Source of the DNA: a virus
Length of the DNA stretch: 64,000 bases
IMG/VR virus record: IMGVR_UViG_3300040801_003393
Coordinates: 1-64,000 of that record
Strand: one strand, 5' to 3'
Positions 1-7,724 of the stretch are shown piece after piece (position 1 is the stretch's first letter; each line of letters opens with the position of its first letter). Under the pieces are notes generated by a model. It was not told where the DNA came from, ran no database searches, and saw only the letters and a list, made by a program, of their open reading frames with translations. A program made the position numbers and the translations under genes.

Positions 1-2778
1 TCCGGTCATTGTGTCACCGGACTTAGCAACAAAGTTACCACTAACATTTGTTATTGCATCATCGACATACTTCTTGTTTGGAATATCGTCGTCATCTGTG
101 ACTAATGTTTCGTAGTTAATGGCAGTAGAGACGTTCAAGGAACCATCACTATTCATAGTGAGGCCGGTGATTCCATTCCACCTAAAGATAAAGGAGTCGG
201 TGCCGTGAGCATATCTTATATATGCTTCCTCTGCATCGTCAGAATCTCCAAAGTATATGTTGCCATTACCTGTAAGACCGCTGAATATAGAAATACCACC
301 AGACCCGCTATTCTCAATAATGAGATCATCTGCACCAGCATTAGGTGTAGTGACTCCAGAGTTAGACGGAGAGATGGTTAAAGACCCTGCTGTAGCCCCA
401 AGACAATCTGTAAAAGTGCTTCCCATCTGCACCCTACCCAGAGAGTCAAGAGACATACGAGCATTACCGTTAACCAAGAAGGCGTACTTGTTGGTTGAAT
501 GGTCGTAGTTCATGCCTCCGACAGCAGCATCATCTGGATCAGCAAAATACAAACAACCAGTATTTGTATTTGGAGTTGCAATGGTAATACCAGCATTAGC
601 ATTACCTTCAACAATTAACTCATCTGCCGCTGTACTTGCTGTCGTTACCCCCGAATCGCCAGTTGAGATTGTAACAGATGCTGGTTGGGCTCCTAATACA
701 TCTGTTCCGCTATTTCTCACTTCAAACAAGAATTGACCATTGGGTTGCAATTTGAATTCTTGTGTACCTGCCATGTTTCCTAATCTAAAGGTATCAATTG
801 AATGGTTACCGTTGATGTAGAATGCTTGATCGTCTTCTGGGTCAACCCATCGTATATTTCCTGATACGGTATTAGGTGAACATAATGATATTCCAACAAC
901 CCCATCACTCTCAATTACCAACTCATCAGCAGAACCAGATGGAACGGTTACTCCAGAATCACCAGTAGAGATGGTCACGGCACCAACTTGAGCACCAAGG
1001 GCGTCACTGTCATTCGGGCCGAAGGTCCACTTACCGTTGGCGTCGAGCTTGCCACCGCGGAAGGAGTTATTGTAGGAGAAAGTCATATTGACTGTATCTG
1101 CCCCGATACCGCCAACTTGTAACACATCGGCATCTGCGTAATAGCGAAGACCTGCACCACCGTTCCCATTGAGAGGAGTCACGAAGCTGAAGCGTCCCTC
1201 GTAGCCACCACCATCAGGAACAGCCACAGTGATACCGGCGTCAGCATCGTTCTCAATAATGAGTTCGTCTGCTTTAGCGTTAGGACTAGTGAAGCCTGAG
1301 TCGCCGGTGGAGATGGTCACGGAGCCATCTTCTGCTCCAAGAGCATCAGAAGTTACATCTCCAAAGACAATCCTATTAATACCACCATCTCCACCGAATG
1401 CTGCAAAAGACTCGGTATAGTCTGTGGCACTGACAGTATTTGCGGTAAAATAGAGAGTTTCATTAAAGTGCAATGCCGCTCTATCGTTCTCAGCATCCAT
1501 TCGAAGAGTGAAGGCTGTAGCGTTAGGCGTCGTATTGGTGGTAGTAAAGTAAGCACAGTTAAGCAGGCCACCTGCAGGATCAACACCACCTCTCTCTACC
1601 CATATGGGAAACTGATCTGAAAAGAAAAAAGCTCTCTCTGCTTTGATAATACTATTATCAGTGTAGAGGACATGTCTGTCGACTTCGGCATTGGCATTAG
1701 AGCTACCAGCTGGCATAACCCGGAGAATCTCGGTAGCCCCAGCAGTAATAGCTAAAGAATCGTCAGTATGGTCGTACAATATACCACCAACATCATTATC
1801 ATCAGGGTCAGCAAAATATAACGAACCTGCCACTGTATTTGGCGTTGCAATAGTAATACCAGATGCGGCACTACCATCAATAATTAAATCGTCTGCTGCT
1901 GTACTTGCTGTCGTTACGCCCGAGTCGCCTGTAGATACTGTTAACGAACCCCATTCAACACCTTTAAGGTCAGGAAGATCACCTGTTAAAATGGTTCCGG
2001 TGGTCGCATTCCATTGCATCAATGTAACGGCATTGAAAATAATACGCATCACATCGCTAACATGAGCATACTGAAGATGGGCCTGATTGTTGTTATCAGG
2101 GTCAGCCCAACGAATACCAGCAGCATGGTCGTTTGGTGTTGCGAACGTTATACCAATATTACCGTTACCTTCGAGTATAAGCTCGTCAGATGCGCCGTTA
2201 ATTGAGGTTACACCCGAGTCGCTTGTTGATATTGTTACTGAACCAGCCTGAACACCTAACGCAGTGGTATTATTACGACCAATTAAAACTCGACCGGTCG
2301 TATCAACATCAATAGAAGAGATCGCACCACGACCAATTTGGTAGCCATTTAAATCTAGATTGCCGCCAAGTTGTGGCGTGGTATCTTGAATAATATCTGT
2401 AATGCCGCTTCCACTAACTGTAGTAAATGACAAGTTTCCTGCACCATCCGTCGTTAAGACCTGACCATTTGCACCGTCAGTTGTTGGATAGGTAAGGCCA
2501 CCGGCTGTTTTTAACTGATTAACTTGTAAATTTGCGTAAGAAGAAATGACCAAGTCACCAGTTGATGCACCAGTGGCGGTGGTTGTGCATAATACAAATT
2601 CTTCAACCGAGCGATCCCAAAGAATTGCTACGTTGTCACCGGACGTTCCGCGCCGTAAAATTAAACCCATGTCATTTACATTGTTGCCTGTAAGTTCGGC
2701 ATTTAATTCTAAAAGTGGGTCGGTAAATTTCGCAGAAGCTGTATTAATTTGATTGTGCTTCGGTCTAGTTAGTGGCAT
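1..2778 (-). CDS. Tail fibre/adhesin-like virion protein, truncated by window edge (>926 aa)
   Basis: Not in the ORF track. ATG at 2778 with GAGGA RBS and a CATAAATA motif upstream. Reads MPLTRPKHNQINTASAKFTDPLLELN... and stays open to position 1. Six ~100-aa repeats (consensus xVTISTGDSGVT..ADELIIE..GITIATPN..G.IYFADPD), a DTTPQLGGNLDLNG motif and NYETLVTDDDDIPNKKYVDD. Confidence 0.85.
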   Translation of the reverse strand, partial: MPLTRPKHNQINTASAKFTDPLLELNAELTGNNVNDMGLILRRGTSGDNVAILWDRSVEEFVLCTTTATGASTGDLVISSYANLQVNQLKTAGGLTYPTTDGANGQVLTTDGAGNLSFTTVSGSGITDIIQDTTPQLGGNLDLNGYQIGRGAISSIDVDTTGRVLIGRNNTTALGVQAGSVTISTSDSGVTSINGASDELILEGNGNIGITFATPNDHAAGIRWADPDNNNQAHLQYAHVSDVMRIIFNAVTLMQWNATTGTILTGDLPDLKGVEWGSLTVSTGDSGVTTASTAADDLIIDGSAASGITIATPNTVAGSLYFADPDDNDVGGILYDHTDDSLAITAGATEILRVMPAGSSNANAEVDRHVLYTDNSIIKAERAFFFSDQFPIWVERGGVDPAGGLLNCAYFTTTNTTPNATAFTLRMDAENDRAALHFNETLYFTANTVSATDYTESFAAFGGDGGINRIVFGDVTSDALGAEDGSVTISTGDSGFTSPNAKADELIIENDADAGITVAVPDGGGYEGRFSFVTPLNGNGGAGLRYYADADVLQVGGIGADTVNMTFSYNNSFRGGKLDANGKWTFGPNDSDALGAQVGAVTISTGDSGVTVPSGSADELVIESDGVVGISLCSPNTVSGNIRWVDPEDDQAFYINGNHSIDTFRLGNMAGTQEFKLQPNGQFLFEVRNSGTDVLGAQPASVTISTGDSGVTTASTAADELIVEGNANAGITIATPNTNTGCLYFADPDDAAVGGMNYDHSTNKYAFLVNGNARMSLDSLGRVQMGSTFTDCLGATAGSLTISPSNSGVTTPNAGADDLIIENSGSGGISIFSGLTGNGNIYFGDSDDAEEAYIRYAHGTDSFIFRWNGITGLTMNSDGSLNVSTAINYETLVTDDDDIPNKKYVDDAITNVSGNFVAKSGDTMTG

Positions 2779-2801
2779 TCAAAATTCCTCGCAATATGCT
2801 A

Positions 2802-2809
2802 TATTTATG
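2802..2809 (-). promoter_or_regulatory. T4-like late promoter (CATAAATA)
   Basis: Matches T4 late consensus TATAAATA; lies just upstream of the RBS of the fibre gene starting at 2778. Confidence 0.6.
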
Positions 2810-2810
2810 T

Positions 2811-3611
2811 TCATTTCACTCTGGCGGCTTGAACATGCATCCAGTCATAATTTCGGGCCTGACCTAAACTAACCCAACCTTCTTCTTCCCAAAGTTCCCA
2901 CCACATATCGTAATCGCTTTTGCAGAAATTTGCTCGATCGCATCCCCAACGTAGCTGATTTCGTGCTGGGTCCCAATCTATAGCAATACCCCATGCGTGT
3001 GTGCTATATTTTGTTCCGCCTCGCATTGGACGTACATTTAAGCATCCGCCAAATAAATCTAATCCGAGTTTCTCAATATTATCACCATAATGATCTTTTA
3101 CACGAGTTAAAACCCGTACGATTGAATCTGCTACTTTTTCATGGCACGAAAATCTTGTAATAGTTTTATCCAAATCCCATGCAATTTTTACAGGATACGG
3201 TAACTGTACTGATATTTGATTTGTTCCGACTTTACCATAATACTTTTCTAGTTCCGTTTGTGTTTGTACTGGCCAGGAATTTGGAACAGATGTTGCTCCG
3301 ATGCCTTCGTCGTCTCTCCACGGTTTTGGCTCGCGCCCAGCTAACTTTTCTGTTAGCTGACTATAACCATAATCGGTTTGTGGCCCCCAACGTCCGTCAA
3401 CTGGTCCAGCATTTAACCCTTCGAGCATTGCAACATGCTGTATTAAACCTATTAGTTTACGGTCACTATCCCATTGTACTGGAATGAACGGAACTTGCGA
3501 TACTGCTGCAATAGTTTTTGCACCAGCAATACCATCAACTGTTAAATTTTGTTGATAATGTTTGTTTAAAGCCCGTTGTACGTCTTTAATAATATCTAAA
3601 GTAAGTTTCAT
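2811..3611 (-). CDS. Endolysin: peptidoglycan-binding domain plus M15-family (L-Ala-D-Glu-type) metallopeptidase
   Basis: N-terminal VDGIAGAKT and VDGRWGPQT PG-binding repeats; STHAWGIAIDWD (SxHxxGxAxD) and DWMHVQ zinc-binding motifs; GAGG/AAGGA RBS. Confidence 0.85.
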   Translation of the reverse strand: MKLTLDIIKDVQRALNKHYQQNLTVDGIAGAKTIAAVSQVPFIPVQWDSDRKLIGLIQHVAMLEGLNAGPVDGRWGPQTDYGYSQLTEKLAGREPKPWRDDEGIGATSVPNSWPVQTQTELEKYYGKVGTNQISVQLPYPVKIAWDLDKTITRFSCHEKVADSIVRVLTRVKDHYGDNIEKLGLDLFGGCLNVRPMRGGTKYSTHAWGIAIDWDPARNQLRWGCDRANFCKSDYDMWWELWEEEGWVSLGQARNYDWMHVQAARVK

Positions 3612-3625
3612 ATCCTTTACCTCTT

Positions 3626-3654
3626 AAAAAGATAGGGGCATAAGGCCCCTATCT
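3626..3654 (-). terminator. Intrinsic terminator
   Basis: 10-bp stem AGATAGGGGC/GCCCCTATCT followed by a T-tract on the minus strand, downstream of the 90-aa gene. Confidence 0.8.
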
Positions 3655-3682
3655 AAACTTTTGTTTCAATGCATAGTTACAA

Positions 3683-3955
3683 TTAGAATGTTACCAATGT
3701 TCGCCATGATCCTTCAGCATACATCTTAATTGCACTTGCAGTAGTATCAACCCAAATATCACCATTCCTTGCTGACGAAGGCTGCGTGGTGCTGGTTGTT
3801 ACAGCTGGTCCAACTTCTATGATCGCGTCATCAGACCTTTTCATAAAAACTTTTCCATCTGCATAGTTAATTGCTAATTCACCATACTCAAGTTGTCCAG
3901 CAGTAGGTACATTTGAAGATGTAGCACTACGTTTATGTAATATTTTATTTGCCAT
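3683..3955 (-). CDS. Small Mtd_N-like fibre-associated protein (90 aa)
   Basis: MANKILHKRS..PTAGQLEYGELAINYADGK resembles the major tropism determinant N-terminal domain and closely matches the N-terminus of the upstream 1220-aa gene; AGGA RBS. Confidence 0.75.
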   Translation of the reverse strand: MANKILHKRSATSSNVPTAGQLEYGELAINYADGKVFMKRSDDAIIEVGPAVTTSTTQPSSARNGDIWVDTTASAIKMYAEGSWRTLVTF

Positions 3956-3970
3956 TTTCTTATTATCCTA

Positions 3971-6900
3971 TTATAAACGACCAACTACTACTTCAATTAC
4001 TCCTGGTACTTCACCATCATAATCTTGTAGTGCTTTGCCAATTACTGAGCCCAGTACTGGATTTTCTTCTGCTCGAGCCATACCACCACCGGCTGATACC
4101 ATCATGTCGCCTTTACGTACAGTACCAGTTACTTTACATGGTACACGACCTTGTAGTGCAACAGCAACACCTTCTGCACCTGCATTCATTAAGTGAGCTG
4201 GCTTTGTAGAAACAACACCTGCTACCTTACGATCTGCATCATGCATGCATGTTGTAACTTCAGCATTGCCACCAAAGCAAACAACAGTACCTGGTTTAAT
4301 GTCGGCATCTGCAGAATAAATTTCTGCTAAGTCAGCATACTGTGCTGATGTGGCTTCACCACTAAATAGTGGTGCCGTTACTGTTCCTGCAAATTCTGCA
4401 GCACCTGTATTACTAATAGCTGCAACGTTTCCTGCTGTGCCTGTATTTGATTTAAATATCCAACCTCGACCAGCGGTGTTGTTTACAGTAAAGTAAGTTG
4501 CCCAATCGCCAGTAACTGGACCATATGTTCCAAATGTTGGGGTTCCAGCAAACATTAAACCATAGGTTGGTTGACCGGCTGTTGCTCCATTCCATAATGA
4601 AATACCTTTACCGGTAGTTGCTAAGTTATTACTTACACCAAGGGCGCCTGCAGTTAAATTGCCTGTTACGGTTCCACCAGCTAGTGGTAGGTAATTGCCC
4701 GCTAAATCATCAACATACTTTTTGTTTGGAATATCGTCATCATCAGTGACTAATGTTTCGTAGTTGGTCAAAGCCGAGTGTAGGGTTCCGTTTGATTCTA
4801 TTATCAATGCCGCAGCGCCGGCCGTAACAAATTGTAACGATTCGGTTGGGTGATTATAGAAAACTTGTCCTCTGGCATTTCCTTGTGGATCAGCAAAGTA
4901 AATGTTTCCATTGGCGTTGTTGGGTGTCGCGATTGTAATGCCCGACGATCCAGAGCCTTCGATGATTAAACCATCGGCTACTGTACTTGCTGCTGTTACT
5001 CCAGAGTCACCGGTTGAGATAGTCAACGAACCAGCTTCAGTGCTGAGTGGGGTCACACCATTGGTGGTTATACGTCCGTCTTGATACATTCTGAAAATTT
5101 CAGAAGCTCCTAAGAACTGGAAGACATCTGCCGAATGTGTATATTGCATGCGGAAACGTAGATTGTTATCAGGATCACCAAATACAATTGCACCGTTATC
5201 GGTATTTGGAGTTAAAATAGATATACCAGCACTTGAATCATTTTCAATTACAAGGTCATCTGCGCCGCCCCACGCAGACGCCACACCCGAGTCACCTGTA
5301 TAAATTCCAAGCGAACCAGCCTCGGCCCCAATAACACCAGCAACGGTACCAGTATATAATTTTGCAGCAAAGCGAGTATTACCAGTGACTACTCCACCAC
5401 CAACGGTTAGTATCTGTTCCCCGTTTACTTTTGCTAAACCACTTGAGCCTGGCAAAAGGTTGATCCCACCAATTATTGCTGTCCCTGACTGACCAATCTC
5501 AATGTCGCTGTTAGCTGTCCATTTCAATAAAGTACGAATGTATCCATCATTCCAGCCAGCGATTTGTTGTCCACTTTTAAAAGCGAACGCAGTGGTAGTA
5601 GAAGTATCTGTGCCAACACCGCCACCTGGAGGATCAAACGATCCCAATGTGCTGCCTGCAACAACAGTGCCAGACATTAAACCTGTTCCGTCAAGCGGTA
5701 AGTAATCGGCCGCTAAATCATCAACATACTTCTTGTTTGGAATGTCATCGTCGTCAGTGACTAATGTTTCGTAGTTGGTCAAAGCCGAGTGTAGGGTTCC
5801 GTTTGTTTCAAGTATGAGTTTTGCTGTAGATGGATTACCTGTATACCAGATATGCTCACCTTGTGAAGTACGTGTTTCCCATCTTTTTTGTTTACCATAT
5901 GCTGCATCAGTTGGACTGTAAATTGCTACCACTGGTGCGCCGCCCGAGTCGGATTCAATACCAAATCCAGCTTCCCACCCAGATCCTACAGAATCGGTAC
6001 GAAGAAGATATCCGCCAAATGCCTGACTACCCGAATAAAGTATCGGCTTAACAATTATATCATTGGTACCTTCAACTGTTAGTGCTCCTGTCAACGTCCC
6101 ACCACTAAGTGGTAGATAGCTGCTTAAACTCGAAGCTGCTGCATAATACGACCCTTGTTGTCCGTCAAGTAGATCAGCGTTTAAGTTTGCAACAACCTGT
6201 GTGCTGTCAACCGTAAACGGTGAAGTAGAGCCAGAAGTACCACCATTAAATGCTGGTCTTGCGTTAAATGTTAGTATACCACTGATTGTATCGGCTGCAT
6301 CTGAACGAACAAACGATCCAACTGCCACACCGCCTAGTGTATCAGCATCAACAGTTGAGTTTGTTGTTAGAATTGGGTAATATGTTCCGGCATTGTCGGA
6401 TGCTTCCCAAACGTCGGTTGTTTCGTTCCAACGTAATCCAACATTAGTGGAAGTACCACGTTCAATTTCAAAACCGCCATTGAGAGATGGTACACCAGTC
6501 TCGTTAGCACTTAACGTAATGATATTGTCTCCAATATGTACGTTATTTGAGTTAACAGTTGTTGTGGTACCTTGAACTGTTAAATTACCAGTAACTGTTA
6601 GGTTATCTTGTACTGTAACTGTACCTGTACCACCTGGAGCAACCATAATAAGGTCATCGCCAACTGCACCAATGTATGGGGCAATTGATGTATTGTTATC
6701 AGCAAATGTGATGTAGCAGTTTGCATCGCCGGAAGTAAAGGATGCTACTATATCACGTGTGGTTGTTGTTACTGTTAGTGCTTCTGCGCTGCCAGAGTTA
6801 ATTGCAACACCACCAGTTAATGTTCCGCCTGTTAGATTTAACTTACCATCTAATGCGGTTTGTAGACCGTCAACGTTTGCAATAACGTGATTGTGACTAT

Positions 6901-7633
6901 CATCAACAATTGTAACTGTTAATGTACCATTACCTAGATCAGTTAATGTAACAGAACCAGTTGCATCACCAGCTAACGTAATAACTGGGTCTGGTTTATT
7001 TGTGGTATTTGCCCAATCTAAATAATAAGATCCAGCAAAACCGTTAAGTTGCGCTGCATTACCAGTTGAAACTGCGGTATCAACGTATGATTTTGTAGCT
7101 GCGTCATCGGTTAGTAACGGAGTACCTAATCCACGAACCAAGTTACCATTCATTGTAAAGTGATCAGATATTGAAATAGCATTGCCGTCGCTTGACATAA
7201 TGTTTTTGCCAGCTAAGATTGACAACGCACCTTTAACTTGTACAATACCTGTACCCGACGGTAAAAATTCAATGTCACCTGTTCCAGTTGATTTAATTTG
7301 AACGTTCTGGTCTGTGTCTGCAGATACAACAATTGTTCCCGAATTGTCTTCTAATACCTTTTGTCCATTAACATATAATGATCCAGGACCAATGTAAACA
7401 TCTCGCCATTGGCGTGTTGGAGAACCTAAATCATATGTAATATCCGCGTCTGGAATAATATGCGATGATACTGCCGCTTGATCTTGACCAACGCATACTA
7501 CGTTATCAAATGCATCTTTAATATAAAGTTTCTTATCGGCGTAGTTAATTGCTAATTCGCCATAAGATAAAGAGCCAGCTGTTGGGATATTTGTTGCTGT
7601 TGCACTTCGTTTGTGTAAAATTTTATTTGCCAT
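3971..7633 (-). CDS. Tail fibre protein with Mtd_N-like N-terminus and C-terminal intramolecular chaperone (peptidase G2/IMC-like) domain
   Basis: YLPLSGGTLTG and NADLLDG fibre motifs; C-terminal YADLAEIY...VAGVVSTKPAHLMN...VALQGRVPCKV...IGKAL. Confidence 0.85.
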   Translation of the reverse strand: MANKILHKRSATATNIPTAGSLSYGELAINYADKKLYIKDAFDNVVCVGQDQAAVSSHIIPDADITYDLGSPTRQWRDVYIGPGSLYVNGQKVLEDNSGTIVVSADTDQNVQIKSTGTGDIEFLPSGTGIVQVKGALSILAGKNIMSSDGNAISISDHFTMNGNLVRGLGTPLLTDDAATKSYVDTAVSTGNAAQLNGFAGSYYLDWANTTNKPDPVITLAGDATGSVTLTDLGNGTLTVTIVDDSHNHVIANVDGLQTALDGKLNLTGGTLTGGVAINSGSAEALTVTTTTRDIVASFTSGDANCYITFADNNTSIAPYIGAVGDDLIMVAPGGTGTVTVQDNLTVTGNLTVQGTTTTVNSNNVHIGDNIITLSANETGVPSLNGGFEIERGTSTNVGLRWNETTDVWEASDNAGTYYPILTTNSTVDADTLGGVAVGSFVRSDAADTISGILTFNARPAFNGGTSGSTSPFTVDSTQVVANLNADLLDGQQGSYYAAASSLSSYLPLSGGTLTGALTVEGTNDIIVKPILYSGSQAFGGYLLRTDSVGSGWEAGFGIESDSGGAPVVAIYSPTDAAYGKQKRWETRTSQGEHIWYTGNPSTAKLILETNGTLHSALTNYETLVTDDDDIPNKKYVDDLAADYLPLDGTGLMSGTVVAGSTLGSFDPPGGGVGTDTSTTTAFAFKSGQQIAGWNDGYIRTLLKWTANSDIEIGQSGTAIIGGINLLPGSSGLAKVNGEQILTVGGGVVTGNTRFAAKLYTGTVAGVIGAEAGSLGIYTGDSGVASAWGGADDLVIENDSSAGISILTPNTDNGAIVFGDPDNNLRFRMQYTHSADVFQFLGASEIFRMYQDGRITTNGVTPLSTEAGSLTISTGDSGVTAASTVADGLIIEGSGSSGITIATPNNANGNIYFADPQGNARGQVFYNHPTESLQFVTAGAAALIIESNGTLHSALTNYETLVTDDDDIPNKKYVDDLAGNYLPLAGGTVTGNLTAGALGVSNNLATTGKGISLWNGATAGQPTYGLMFAGTPTFGTYGPVTGDWATYFTVNNTAGRGWIFKSNTGTAGNVAAISNTGAAEFAGTVTAPLFSGEATSAQYADLAEIYSADADIKPGTVVCFGGNAEVTTCMHDADRKVAGVVSTKPAHLMNAGAEGVAVALQGRVPCKVTGTVRKGDMMVSAGGGMARAEENPVLGSVIGKALQDYDGEVPGVIEVVVGRL

Positions 7634-7654
7634 TTTGTTTTCCTTTATAAATTA

Positions 7655-7720
7655 AGGGTCAGGTTACTAGTGTAACGCCCTAGGGTCAGGAAAGGGGGAG
7701 TTTCCTCCCCCTAACGCCCT
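7655..7720 (-). promoter_or_regulatory. Tandem structured RNA element between two fibre genes
   Basis: Two abutting copies of AGGGCGTTA-(hairpin)-CCTGACCCT on the minus strand; one carries an 8-bp GC-rich stem with a GAAA tetraloop. Confidence 0.55.
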
Positions 7721-7724
7721 TTAC

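Noticed and set aside
3683-7633. Diversity-generating retroelement suggested by Mtd_N-like domains and ~95-nt repeats
   Set aside because: Repeat differences are synonymous third-position changes, mostly C/T on the coding strand rather than adenine-specific; both copies are coding; no reverse transcriptase in the window.
7693-7712. Calling the GC-rich GAAA hairpin a plain terminator
   Set aside because: Only three U residues follow, and it is embedded in a duplicated larger motif, so it is reported as a regulatory element instead.
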